A stretch of 63,642 bases of DNA, filler included, from Octopus bimaculoides (Eukaryota), in NCBI RefSeq assembly GCF_001194135.2. It is 7 parts of 5 records of this genome, joined end to end, with 100 filler letters (N's around TTAATTAATTAA, not from the genome) between each part and the next. Parts side by side here need not be neighbours in the genome. Positions count along the whole stretch, not along the records: positions 1 to 25,038 come from NC_068986.1; 6 more parts are not named here. One strand, written 5' to 3'. The translations under genes were made by a program, and so were the position numbers. The notes under the pieces were generated by a model. That model did no database searches. It saw only the letters and a program-made list of their open reading frames with translations, and was not told the origin of the DNA. Position 1 is the stretch's first letter. Each line of letters starts with the position of its first letter. Positions 1-12,730 of the stretch are shown here, one piece after another.

Positions 1-228
1 TGGCACATAAAAGACACCATTTCGAGCGTGGCCGTTTTCGTGCAGGTGACACGTAAAAGCACCCACTACACTACAGAGTGGTTGGCGTTAGGAAGGGCAT
101 CCAGCTGTAGAAACTCTGCCAAATCAGACTGGAGCCTGGTGTTGCCATCCGGTTTCACCAGTCCTCAGTCAAATCGTCCAACCCATGCTAGCATGGAAAG
201 CGGACGTTAAACGATGATGATGATGATG
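1..228 (+). mobile_element. RTE LINE 3' UTR/tail fragment with (GAT)n end
   Basis: Same sequence as the 3' UTR that follows RTE ORF2 at 6950-7422; ends in gatgatgat. Confidence 0.85.
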
Positions 229-454
229 ACCAGAAACCAAAAGTACTCTCACATTATAATTCAAATTATACGAAATCTGCAAAAAGTAATTAAACTTCTC
301 AACAGTGCATCAACCAGTTGGTGCAGTATGCTCAACCTTCACCTTTAGTCTAATAATAGCCACATCATAACACATCAGTTATCAACTTACACACTAGAGC
401 GAATGTATATTTTAATGTACTTGACAAGGTGCCACAAATAAAAACACTGAAGGA

Positions 455-670
455 TTTCAAAGAACATGGTATAAAATTGCTTCAAATTTGGAAAAACTTT
501 CAGAGACTTTTCTTATGTTACAACAGAATTATGGGAAGGATTGTTTGAGCTGTGGTACCAGTATTTCAAATCAGGAGAAATATTCACAGAAAATACCCAA
601 ATCTGGACAACATTTGGTGACAATAACCACATTGCAAAAGTGCAGGTTGTAATCCATGAAAATTAGCATC
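455..670 (+). pseudogene. Decayed mariner transposase N-terminus (HTH)
   Basis: Frameshifted translation CFKFGKT / ETFLMLQQNYGKDCLS / WYQYFKSG / NHIAKVQVVIHEN resembles the mariner N-terminal HTH region. Confidence 0.6.
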
Positions 671-1603
671 TAACAATCATGCATCTCAACTGATTTTAAA
701 CATGGGCTTGAATTCTGTAAGGAAATACAAAAAGTTGCAATGCCCATACTTTTTTTAAAAAGTACTAACATAAGTTAATTAATTTCAGTCTCATAACATT
801 TACTTCTCTTGTCCTTACATTGATATAATAGGGAATAATTTAATTCTTATGAAACTAATTTCCTTTTTGTTTTCCTAATGCCAGCAAGAATTCTAAAAAT
901 TTGTCTGTAAGTGCTAACTTTTGATTGATAATTCCTTTGAGGATCACACAAAACAAAAAAAAAAAAAGAATTGTTTTCAACTTATAAGGAGTGGTTACCA
1001 AGAAACCTTTAAAAAAGTTCAACACCTATTCAGGCTATAGTTTCTATAGGAACTGTAGCACTTACAATGAGGCAACAAACAACAGGGGCTACAAGCAAAA
1101 CATTATTAAACAAAGCCTATTATTGCATTTTTGGTTATTGTCAATCACTCAAATTTTTTTACAAAAACTGATGAAGTTGATGAAAGGTATTTCATCAGAA
1201 ATTTCTTATCTAATATATCCTTGGTTTCAAGGAGCTTTACTCCAATATGAGATCTTTCTTTGACAGATTGTGCTGAATATTGCAGCATGAAAACAAAAAA
1301 CATTGCAATACAAAATTTTTTAAAATAGGAGATGAAACCTCCACCAATGTTACTAACAAGCAAATACATGAGTGTCTAAACTGTTGTTCAACCTATAAGA
1401 AATGACATTCAATCTCTCTCAAGTCATGCTATTCCATCTAAGAAAAGAAATACATGTTAGATAATGTAAACAGGTGCAAAATATCTCAAAAAAGATGAAT
1501 GACTGAAATTATTTACATCAAAGATCTCAACTGAGAAGGACCTGGAACTAAACAGTAGCAATATTAAAGACTAAAATTAAAATCTAAATGGTGATATACT
1601 TAC

Positions 1604-1657
1604 TGCTTTCACTGTTGCAAGAGCAGCTTGCCTCAAAGCTTCCAAGTCTTCTAAATC
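1604..1657 (-). CDS. Candidate internal coding exon of an unidentified host gene (DLEDLEALRQAALATVKA)
   Basis: tttccctttatAG acceptor, GTAAGT donor, 54 nt, phase 0-0, open frame, natural helical-looking peptide; family not recognised. Confidence 0.6.
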
Positions 1658-2054
1658 CTATAAAGGGAAAGCAGAGAAAAAAAATTTTTAATCAATCTTT
1701 TGAACAAATAAGATCAAAATGAAGGAAATATCAAATACTGAATCTTCCAGTTTCCCTTATCAAAATAATTGATTCAGTCAGGGAGAAAGAGAAACAAGCA
1801 TGTATGGAACTTCTACCATTGTCCCTGGATCTGTGAATGGAGCAGCCAAATCCCTGCTCAAACAACACTTAAATATGGAGGTTATACAATTCTGTCTTAA
1901 ATATTTGAATATATTGAAAAGAACAGAATAGCCTTAAAAGGATAATAATCATATGATTAAAGTGGACTTGAACTGTCATGGATAGTTTACAAGAAAGAAA
2001 TCATCCAATATGTCATTTTATTCAACAAAAAAATATGTACAATCTCACATATGT

Positions 2055-2585
2055 AATATACTGAGTTGAAAAGCTTCAACCAACAGACATTACCCAAGGA
2101 ATTAGTAGCCAAAATCGCCCTCTATGATTGTTTAAAACAAGCAAAAGTGGCAACTCCAATACAATCAATTGAATGAAATTTGTGGACATACAAACAATGC
2201 AGATTGTAGCCGATCTGATCTTTAACTTTTCATCATTCAAATTATTGTCAAATATAAGGCTTACCTATTCATGTTGTTTTAAATTTATCATGCATTATTT
2301 TATAACTTTGTCATTTCAATGATATAGTGGTTTATTTTTAGAATGACAGCTAGATCTGACCAATTTGAACAAAAAGCAAATAGAATACGTGGGTTGGATA
2401 TTCACTTCAGAAGCTGAAGGATTAAAACCAATGATGACAGCTACAGGACATGTTTTCAGTACAGCATATAATACTTGCTCATAATAGAATCACTCTTTAA
2501 TTTGTTTTTAGATTCTGAAAATACATTGAGCCAGTTTGTTTACAAATTGCTTGGATAATCTCAGCTGACAACCTCACAGTGAGAC
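2055..2585. mobile_element. Old long-TIR MITE (Tc1/mariner-like) with an internal insertion
   Basis: Ends similar to the MITE at 14367-14660 (gagttgaaaa...ttacccaagg / cttggataatctcagctg). Confidence 0.45.
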
Positions 2586-2898
2586 CTTATCATACATGTA
2601 TTGAGCAGGTATAATGCTCCATTGAGGGGTTTTTCTTTTCCTTTAATCAAATTGCTGATATTGATAATCAACATCACATTCCCTTTCATTCTATATATTG
2701 TTGATGTGCACCAGACACTTTCTTCAAAGCCACATCAGTTAAGCCTTTTAACATACAATGCATATTTGAATACAACATTCATAACCAGCATCATCCTTTA
2801 AATTCACTTTTATTAATGCTACTTGCATTAAATATGCTAATAATACCAAAAGATCAGTTACTGCAAGAATGGTACTTCAGATTATTTAGAATATTCAC

Positions 2899-2970
2899 CT
2901 TCTCTTTTACAACTGTGTCTATAAAGTTTCCATCAGTATGCATTCTCAACTTGCCTATAGGTGCCACATT
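2899..2970 (-). CDS. Weak candidate exon (NVAPIGKLRMHTDGNFIDTVVKEK)
   Basis: 72 nt, phase 0-0, open; AAG|gtgaat donor; poor acceptor context next to an RTE tail. Confidence 0.2.
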
Positions 2971-2989
2971 CTAACAATATATATATATA

Positions 2990-3195
2990 CCGCCTGACTA
3001 GCTTTCGTGCCGGTGGCACGTAAAAGCACCCACTACACTCTCTGAGTGGTTGGCGTTAAGAAGAGCATCCAGCTGTAGAAACTCTGCCAAATCAGATTGG
3101 AACCTGGTGTAGCCATCTGGTCTCACCAGTCCTCAGTCAAATCGTCCAACCCATGCTAGCATGGGAAACGGACGTTAAATGATGATGATGATGAC
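2990..3195 (+). mobile_element. RTE LINE 3' tail
   Basis: Matches 1-228 and 7215-7422; (GAT)n end. Confidence 0.85.
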
Positions 3196-3629
3196 AACCA
3201 ATAAATACACTATGTAAATCTAACAAACCAGAAAAAAATTACAGAATTTCTATCAACCAATAACATAACAATATAACACTACTGAAGACCATGTTTTTAG
3301 ATCCACTTAATCATATTCCTTTAACTTTCTCTACACCTTCCGTTACAATTCCTAAGACAAAACGAGCTTTTTTGATTTTTTGCTAATTAAGACTTCGCAG
3401 GTGCAAGATGCAAGGATTCTTTTACCACAATCAGTAATTATTTTTTACAGTAAAGTCAGATGGGAAGAGAGCTCTATATCCCTTCTTTTTTGAAGATTAT
3501 AGAATGTGATTTGAAGGAGATTTAGCTGCTATGGGTTATAAAGGCAATGTTCGCTACATATAAACATTTCTAAAGGAATTTGGTATTTTAGCAAATAATT
3601 AATAATACAGTTCCATTCTCATAGAACTC

Positions 3630-3960
3630 ATCATCATCATCATCGTTGTTTAATGTTTGCTTTCCATGCTGGCATGGGTTGGACGGTTTGACTGAGGACT
3701 GACAAGCCAGTAGGCTGCACCAGGTTCTAATCTGATTTGGCAAGGTTTTCTACAGCTGGATGCCCTTCCTAATATTAACCACTCTAAGACTGTAGAGTTG
3801 ATGTAAATAAACCAACACAAGTTGTCAAGTAGTGGTGAGGGGCACAAACACAAAGACACACACCAAACTTCCTTTTGCTTCTGACTACCAAATCCACTCA
3901 CAAGCTTTTGGTCAACCCCAAGTTATAATAGAAGACACTCATCCAAAGTGACGCACAGTG
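3630..3960 (-). mobile_element. RTE tail inserted in a tRNA-headed SINE
   Basis: Reverse-complement matches to the RTE tail (3630-3790) and to the SINE body seen at 15295-15950. Confidence 0.65.
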
Positions 3961-5314
3961 GGACTGAATTAAAAATCATGTGGTCAGTAAGCAAACTTCT
4001 TATCACACAGTCATGCCTGCACCTATAAACCACCTCATACCACTTGAACAGTAGGTACAATAAGGTCAATTATCTTTTTTACTCTCACAACAAAAAGGTC
4101 TGCAGCATTAATCATGAATATCTTCCAACAAAATTATTGTTTAGCCTCTGGGTAGCCCTTATTCAGCAAACCTATGATCAACAGAATTCCAGCTGTGACT
4201 ATTTCACCTTTCTTCAGACACTGTGTGTATCACGCTACATTATCTAATGCATCTTTCTTTGATTAGAGGGATTTTCCATCAGTTTAATTTTCAAGGTTAA
4301 TGTGCATATAGCAGTAAAGAGTAATTTTACTGTAGAAATGAGGTGAAGTTGAGGAATTAGATAGTATACAGCCTTTTAGTACAGAAACAGTGACTGTTAT
4401 AGCAATGATAAAAGAGAAAAAAAGAAATACAGCATGTCAGTGCGACATCAGTGCTTGTTTATTAGTAAAAGTATGTCGATCAGCATGGAGAGGCATTTTG
4501 GTAGGTATGCCACTGAAAATGATTTTTTATGCTAATGCTACTGAAATGTGGAGTGCACTTGTGTCTTATATAGAGTCTATAGTTCAGAAAAATTGCAACT
4601 TAAAGAGTGTTATAGCTATATGGTTGCGTTCTAAGATTATCAGAAACTGAGGCATAGCTTTTGTAAAGTTTGCAAGTTTTACTCATGAACTGCACAATTT
4701 AGCCCCTCAGTATTTAGACCTGACATAATATTCTACCTGCTTTATGTTCAAGCTTGCCAGATCCAGCCTTTTGCACCAATCCTACACTGTCATTCTAAAG
4801 ATATACAACTGCATCATCAAAATCTCGAAGCTACAAGATAATGCATGATTAATTCAAAACAAGGTGAATAAATAAGCATTACATTTGTCATAGTAATCTG
4901 AATGCTAAAGGATTAATGCTGATAAGTGGCTCAACTTTCACGAGTAGATCAGTTTTTTAATTTTTTTTATTTATGATCGCAAATGCCTTGTAAATAATTT
5001 ATATTTAAAATCTTAACTGTTTACATTAGTCAGTTACTATTGCCCTATACCGCATGTATCTTTTACCAAAATACAGCAACAGAAGATACTCTCATACAGT
5101 GGGTTTTCACACATTTTACCAAAAGTCATTCATCAAAGTTGACTGGAGGCTATGGTAGAATAGCATATGGGTACAAGAACAGCTGCTGTATGTAAAAGAA
5201 GTTTAAGAAATCTTTTTTTCTTTTAGTGACCATATACAAGCTTGTTAGCTTGTAAGAAAATATTAATATCATATATATATATAAAATGCAATAAATTTAA
5301 AATTCAGTCTAGAG

Positions 5315-7389
5315 CAGTGTTTCTCAACCATTTTTTACCTATGGACCTATTAGATTTCCTATATTACTCAGTTGGATCCTTCTAGCCAGTCCATATTTTA
5401 AAAAATCTTATTCTGCTGTGCAAGCCATGTACAGGGACGCTGTCAGTAAGGTGAAGGTTGGCAACGAGTACAATGAAGAATTCTGAGTAGAGGTAGGGGT
5501 CCACCAAGGTTCAGTCCTCATCCCCCTCCTATTTATCATAGACCTCCAGGCAATAACAGAGCAATTCAAAACAGGATTCCCCTGGGAGTGCCTCTATGCT
5601 GATGACCTTGCTCTAATTGCTGAGTCGCTATCAAAACTAGAGGAGAAATTTCAGGTGTGGAAGCAAGGGTCAGAATCGAAGGGTGTTAGAGTCAACCTAG
5701 CTAAAACCAAAGTCCTAATAAGTAGGAAGGCAGACGAACCACAAATCCCTTCAGGTAGATGGCCCTGTTCAATCTGTGGAAAAGGCGTAGGGAGAAACTC
5801 TATAAGATGTACCCAGTGTGCGCTATGGACACATAAGAGGTGCAGCAATATCAAAGGAAGGCTAACTAGGAAGTTAGTTTTGTATGTAGCAGATGCTCAG
5901 GAACAATAAACATTGAAAATGTGCAGAGACATTCCAGGGAGAAAAACTAGAAGTAGTTGATAGCTTCCGTTACCTAGGTGACCAAGTCAGTAGCTGGGGT
6001 GGGTGCACTGAAAGTGTAGCTGCTGGAATAAGAATAGCCTGGGCTAAGTTCAGAGAGCTCTTACCTCTGCTGGTGACAAAGGGCCTCTCACTCAGAGTAA
6101 AAGGCAGACTGTATGACGCATGTGTACAAACAGCCATGCTACATGGCAGTGAAACATGGGCTGTGACTGCTGAGGAGAATGCGTAAGCTTGCAAGGAATG
6201 AAGCCAGTATGCTCCGCTAGATGTGTAATGTCAGTGTGCATACTCGACAGAGTGAAAGTACCCTGAGAGAAAAGTTGGACCTAAGAAGCATCAGATGTGG
6301 TGTGCAAGAGAGACGAATGCGCTGGTATGGTCATGTGGCGAAAATGGATGAGGATAGCTGTGTGAAAAAGTACCACATCCTAGCAGTTGAGGGAACCTGT
6401 GGAAGAGGTAGACCCTGGAAGACCTGGGATGAGGTGGTGAAGCACGACCTTCGAACATTAGGCCTCACCGCGGCAATGACTAGTGACCAAGACCTTTGGA
6501 AATATGCTGTGCTTGAGAAGACCCAGCAAGCCAAGTGAGACCATAACCCATGGCTTATGCTAGGGGTGTAACCAGCCCACTTATGCATACCTTTCCTTCA
6601 TTGGACACTAAACTCTGCTTGCGATGACCTGTTGAGGCAAGTGAAATCAAAATCAAATTCGATNNNNNNNNNNAACCTGTGGAAGAGGTAGACCCTGGAA
6701 GACCTGGGATGAGGTGGTGAAGCACGACCTTCGAACATTAGGCCTCACCGCGGCAATGACTAGTGACCAAGACCTTTGGAAATATGCTGTGCTTGAGAAG
6801 ACCCAGCAAGCCAAGTGAGACCATAACCCATGGCTTATGCTAGGGGTGTAACCAGCCCACTTATGCATACCTTTCCTTCATTGGACACTAAACTCTGCTT
6901 GCGATGACCTGTTGAGGCAAGTGAAATCAAAATCAAATTCGATGACTGGCATCCGTGCTAGTGGAGCACTAAAAGCAACATCCAAGCGTGACCATTGCCA
7001 GTGCAGCTGTCTGACTTTCAAGCCAGTGGCATGTAAAAAGCACCATTCGAGCATGATCATTACCAGCATCGCCTTCCAGGCACTTGTGCAGGTGGCACGT
7101 GAAAAAATATTTGAGCGAGGTCATTGCCAGTGCTGCTGGACTGGTTCCTGGGCAGGTGGCATGTAAAAAAACACCAATGAGCGTGGCCGTTGCCAGTACT
7201 ACCTGACTGACCCTCGTGCCGGTGGCACGTAAAAGCACCCACAACACTCTCAGAGTGGTTGGCGTTAGGAAGGGCATCCAGCTGTAGAAACTCTGCTAGA
7301 TCAGATTGGAGCCTAGTGCAGCCATCTGGTTCGCCAATCCTCAGTCAAATCTTCCAACCCATGCCAGCATGGAAAGCGGACATTAAACA

Positions 7390-7425
<36 letters not shown>

Positions 7426-7632
7426 ATAATTAAATATCATTAGGAATTGTATAAAATAATTGTTTAAAATATTTAGTATATTGTAGAAGTATAATCTATT
7501 TATTTATTTTTTACTTGTTTCAGTCATTTAATTGTGGCTATGCTGGAGCACTACCTTATTGCACATAAATTTCAACCACAAAATGTTGTATGGAACTCCA
7601 AGGGCCATATGGACCCCAATTGAGAACCACTG
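5315..7632. mobile_element. hAT (Charlie-like) MITE interrupted by an RTE insertion
   Basis: TIRs cagtgtttctcaacc / aattgagaaccactg (12/15); left flank GTCTAGAG, right flank ATCTTGTG (5/8 match). Confidence 0.7.
5411..7422 (+). mobile_element. 5'-truncated RTE LINE (RT C-terminal half, 3' UTR, GAT tail), with stops and frameshifts
   Basis: VGVHQGSVL, LYADDLALIAES, VNLAKTKVL, FRYLGD, RWYGHV, RGRPWKTWDEVVKHDL motifs. Confidence 0.95.
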
Positions 7633-8269
7633 ATCTTGTGTCTGCTCTAAATCATAAGCATGGAATTCCGGTGTGGTACTGGACTGCTTTACTAGTAGAG
7701 CAGCCTCTTTGCTGGTAGTTCAATGGCTATGAAATTACCAATGATCTCCACTGTTAGGCGATCTAGTAAAACTTCTTGGAAGTTAATTTTACTGATTAAT
7801 TTGTTCAGAATCTCTTCAGTGTATTTGATAACATTTGTCCAACCAATAATATATATCGTTCGACCTTGACAGAGAACATTCATTTTCTCTCTGCTCATAA
7901 AAGTTTTGAACATAACTATTACGTAAATAAATACACAGATAAATGATAGGAAATGGAATGAATGAAATTCTTTATTTAAAATCACTATAACTGTTTCGAT
8001 ATATTTCTACACCTGTAGTACATTGGTGAGATACTGTGTAACCATTATCATGCATCCAAGGTGTAAAATACATCTCCTCAAATGATAGTTTAAATATGTC
8101 TTTCATTAGATCCTACCATCATTTCCACTATATGATAACGTCAGGTAACCAATAACTGCAGATGAGCTCTGCATAGCATTCTACAGGGTTCTAGCCTTAA
8201 TCTCAGTGCATCAGCATGGCCGCAGCTCTCAGCTGAAACTATAGGAAAAAAAAATATATATATATATAT

Positions 8270-8624
8270 ATCATCATCATCATCATTTAACATTCGCTTT
8301 CCATGCTAGCATGGGTTGGACGATTTCACTGAGGACTGGTGAACCAGATGGCTACACCAGGCTCCAATCTGATTTGGCAGACTTTCTACAGCTGGATGCC
8401 CTTCCTAACGCCAACCACTCCAAGAGTGTAGTGGGTGCTTTTACGTGCCACCGGCACGAAGGCCAGTCAGAAGGTACTGGTAACAACCACGCTCGAAATG
8501 GTGTATTTTACGTGCCACCTGCACAGGAGCCAGTCCAGCGGTACTGGCAACGAACTCGCTCAAATGTCTTTTCACATGCCACTGGCACAAGTGCCAGGAA
8601 GGCGATGTTGGTAACGATCACGCT

Positions 8625-8630
<6 letters not shown>
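8270..8630 (-). mobile_element. RTE LINE 3' UTR fragment
   Basis: Reverse complement of the 6950-7422 3' UTR, with three gtgcc-ggt-ggcac-type modules. Confidence 0.85.
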
Positions 8631-8682
<52 letters not shown>

Positions 8683-9013
8683 TACACACACACACATACA
8701 CATGTATATAGAAAGAGAGAGAGGGGGAGAGCAGAATGGTATATACATACACATTTTCTAACACATATGTTCCTGTGGCATACAACCCTCTTAGATTGTA
8801 GAAAGGTGGAGAGTTGCAAGAGAGCAGCTTGCTTTAATCTATGTATACACTTCACTCTTAAGTCTTTGAGATATATCACAAATCGGCGGCGGGGAGGGGG
8901 GCTCTCACCTTCTACAATCTAACCACTCAAGAATACTTGCTGATCAGAATCAAAATCAGTACCCCAAGAAAACTTTCTTGTAGCATCAAACATTGCTTAA
9001 AAATACAAATTAC

Positions 9014-9037
9014 ATTGTATTCATCTTCAAACCTTGC
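9014..9037 (-). CDS. Candidate micro-exon (ARFEDEYN)
   Basis: Strong tgcttttcttttAG acceptor, gtaatt donor, 24 nt, phase 0-0; phase-compatible with 1604-1657. Confidence 0.3.
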
Positions 9038-9924
9038 CTAAAAGAAAAGCATAATCCTGATTTTAAGAGCAGGCCCAAAACCCTTAGGCTTAGGCAGAAT
9101 AGCATATAGGTCCAAGCACATCTGCAGAATGCATAATATAAAAAGTAACAAGTGGGGAGGAACAACTGCCGCTTTTCTCAAAAATCAACATTCTTTTACT
9201 GAACACAAGCACATGCAAGTCACTTGATTTAACTTGCAGATAATCTGACATTTAGCAGAAAGTGTAATGTTGTTATGACATATATGTTTTATGTAGTTAT
9301 AAACATATATCATTTAAGCTACTATGGTTGAAGTAATAACTTGCATTATAAAATTCATGAATGCCTATAACTTTCAAGGATTAAAACGTAAGTTTATATT
9401 AAATGCTTTCTGTGTACACATGCCAGCACTACACATAATACACATGTTCATTTTTCTATTCAGTTCATTTGCTATGTCCCAGTACTACAAAAGCTATATA
9501 GATGTGTTCCTTGATTGGTTTCAGTCACTGAACTGCAGCCATTGTGGGAACCTTATATGTAGGGATCTTTTTTTTAGTTGATCATTGACATCCCTCCAAC
9601 CACTACTTATTTTATTGAGCTATATTTGAGAAAACCTCTAAGACTTTTTGAGTCAACACCAGTTTTTCCTTAAACATGGAGGTGAACACACAAATCATAA
9701 AAACAGTAGGTTTCTATACAAGAGTCCATCTACCAAATTCCACTTGCATTTAGTAATCAACTTAAGGCTGCAGAGCACACTTGGTCAAGATACCACACTG
9801 TTGAATTGAATCTAGAATATGGCTGCAAAGTGAACTTCTTAATGACACAACTTCACCTATCTCTCTCTGTGCATGCATGTGTAATACATGTATTAATAAC
9901 ACTGTATAACATGTTTTTAGTCCT

Positions 9925-10200
9925 TGGGTAGCAACTGCTACTTCCTATTTATTTACCCCTACAAAGTATGAAAAATGACTAACATCACCTTCAAACTTTG
10001 TTTTTGTTACATTTATTCAAATCCCAAAGAATCCTTCTCAACACATGGCCATGATGTCCCCCCACTACTCCTGCTCATGATCAAAGATGCACATATTGTC
10101 AACCACTAAGGGACATGTTCAAATGGTTACGGTCCAGCAACTGACAAGTAAATTTGTAGCATTGAGCAGAATATTTGCTATAACACTATTTCTGCTTCAG
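9925..10200 (-). mobile_element. Older partial copy of the interspersed repeat at 53100-53665
   Basis: Aligns by eye to 53385-53560. Confidence 0.7.
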
Positions 10201-10562
10201 CAACTCAATGCTGAATCTGTCTGAAATGTAATGGAAAATAGGTGTTTCAAAACATTGATGGCCAGATCACAAAAACAAAGTTTGATGGGAATAGTAGTCA
10301 TTTCCTTTGATTTCTAGATAGAAGCAAATAAGAAATAACACTAACTAATGACAAAAATTTTTTTTTAATTTTGTGAACATGGTGTAATGTATGCATAATA
10401 TAATTCATATATATAGACACAGATGTGAAAACACTTCCTAACTATGTGGGCTTGAGTTCAGTCTCACTGCACAGCATCTTGCATAAATGTCTTTTGTAGT
10501 CCAGGGCCAACCAAAGACTTGTGAATGGATTTGGTGGTTGAAACTGAATGAATCTCATCATA

Positions 10563-11225
10563 TACAGGGTGTGGGGAATAAATGTTCTCTTGCTCAACAG
10601 CACCCCACACATAATAATTAAGTTAGGTGGCCAGATGTTAGGGGTGATGTGGCCACAAAAATTGTCTGACAGCCATGACTGGGTTCTCCTGCTTGTGTGG
10701 CATGGTGCAGAGTCCTGTTGCCAGACATAAGGTCTTCCAGCAGCCACCCTCTTGGCCCAGGACAACACTACCTCCTCCAGGCAATTGATGTAGGCCTCTG
10801 TGTTGAGTCTGAGGCCATGTGGGAAGATGAATGGAGGCATAATGTTGCCATCACTATTGATTGCTCCTAACACCATAATGCTAACTGGATATTTAATTTT
10901 TATCACTCTCGGTACATGTTTTGGGGACACGGCAAGCCAATGGTTGTTCTGTGTGTTCACCATCTGATTGTGGCAGAAATTTTTCTCATCTGAGAAAATC
11001 CAAAGTGTGTTTAGTTGGAGGTTGTTCAATTCAGGAGTTCTTTTCTTATCAGAACAATCAGAATGAGTTTTCCAAGCTGCTGTACCTTCATAATCACCAT
11101 TAGACTCATCTAACTCTTTCCGAATCTTCTGCACTGTCCTCTGATTGACAACCAAATACTTTGAAATGTTTGTATTGGAGCATCTGGCGTGAATACCAAG
11201 TAGTACAGCAGGTCGTTTCCAAATT
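10563..11225 (-). pseudogene. Internally deleted Tc1/mariner transposase, DD37D (maT)-like
   Basis: WIFSDEKNF, IMVLGAINSDG, VWQQDSAPCH, NIWPPN motifs; TA-CAGGGTG end at 10561-10569. Confidence 0.85.
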
Positions 11226-12039
11226 TATGGCAGCATTTAATTACAGTCCTTTATATTCTGAGTTCAAATCTTGCTGAGGTCAATTTTACCTTTCATCCTT
11301 CCAGGGTCAATAACAGTGCCAGTGAAGAAATAGCATCAATTCAATACTCTTATATAGCATCCCAGATGTAAAGTGGAATAAAAGATCAATAGGTATTCAA
11401 TAATGGAAAGTATTTCAAGTATTTGATAATGGAAGTAAACCAATAGAACTGTCTGTCACCATAAAGAAGTGCTTGCAAATAAATAGACAAGGCAGTTACT
11501 GTATTAAGTATAATGGGATCTCAAATACAATGCAACCCCAACATTTTGTATCTAAAATCAGAGGGAAATTATTTTTATCTTTAATATAAAATAACACTAA
11601 ATTTCATTTTGATATTTTGTACAAAAACCTTGCATTGTAAACATGGTAAACATGAATGATAGTTATACTTTATAGCTAAGTAGTTTAACTAAGGACATTC
11701 AATATATAATGTCAAGTGAATGAGTGATGAAGCTACTATCTAGTACCAAAAGGTATGTAGCCAGAACAACAAAGTAAGATACAACTTTTTTATTTCCTAT
11801 GTTGATCAATTTTGTACATTTACTTAGTGATTCTTTAATTACTATTTTGGGGAATATGATGAAGGCTATGCAGCAGTGATTAGGAATTTAATTTCTCCCC
11901 AACATAAGGGAAAATGCTGCATAACTTTTCTTAAAATTGTTATATTTGGTAAAATGGAAAAACTTAATATCAATTTGTAAATATATATGTAGAAACATAG
12001 CTGGATGTGCACTGTCAGTATGCATATATGAGAGTGTAT

Positions 12040-12730
12040 CTTGAGAGTAAAGTTGGGCATGAGGCATCAGATGCGGTGTGCAAGAGAGACGACTGCACTG
12101 GTATGGTCATGTGATACATACGAATGAGGAAAGCTGTGTAAAGAAGTGCTTATCTCTAACAGCGAAGGGAACCTGTGAGAGAGGTAGACCCAGGAAGACA
12201 TGGGACAAGGAGGTGAAGCATGATCTTTGAACTTTGGGCCTCACAGAGGCAATGACTAGTGACTGAGACCTTTGACAATATGCTGTACTTAAGAAGACCT
12301 GTCAAGCCAAGTGAAATCATGGTTGATGTTGGTGTCACATAACTGGCACCCATGCCAGTGACACATAAAGAGCATCTTTCAAGTGTTGGGCCTCATGGAG
12401 GCAAAATGACCAATGCCGGTGGCACATGGAAAACACCTTTCGAGTGTGGTGACTCATGAAGGCAATGACAAATGACCAAGACCTTTAGTATTATGCCATG
12501 CTTGAGAAGAAGACCCATCAAGCCATGTAAAACTGTAATTGTGACAGATACTAGTGTCATGTAAAAGCACCTATTACACTTTCTGAGTGGTTGGTGTTAG
12601 GAGGGGCATCCAGCCATAGAAACAATGCCAAATCAGGCAGGAGTCTGGTACAGCCTTCCAGCTTACCAGTCCTGGTCAAACCGTCCAACCCATGCTAGCA
12701 TAGACAACGGATGTTAAATGATGATGATGG
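12040..12730 (+). mobile_element. Short 5'-truncated RTE LINE
   Basis: LHWYGHV and GRPRKTWDKEVKHDL ORF2 end plus 3' UTR and GAT tail. Confidence 0.9.

Noticed and set aside
140-175. Antisense CTGAGGA-ctggt-GAAAC in the RTE tail
   Set aside because: No stem II pair and no NUH triplet after stem III (GAAACCGGAT)
1168-1205. CTGATGA...TTCATCAG-AAA inverted repeat
   Set aside because: No stem I or III; a simple local inverted repeat
4185-4222. Minus-strand CTGAAGA-aaggt-GAAA-tag-TC minimal hammerhead look-alike
   Set aside because: One-bp stems II and III, non-palindromic, no retroelement context; compatible with chance
6394-6943. Exact 270-bp direct duplication around a 10-N gap
   Set aside because: Identical copies flanking a minimal gap indicate an unmerged contig overlap
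7692-7985. 97-aa minus-strand ORF with a protein-like C-terminal half
   Set aside because: Several frames are partly open, splice sites are ambiguous and no family is recognised; not supportable without RNA data
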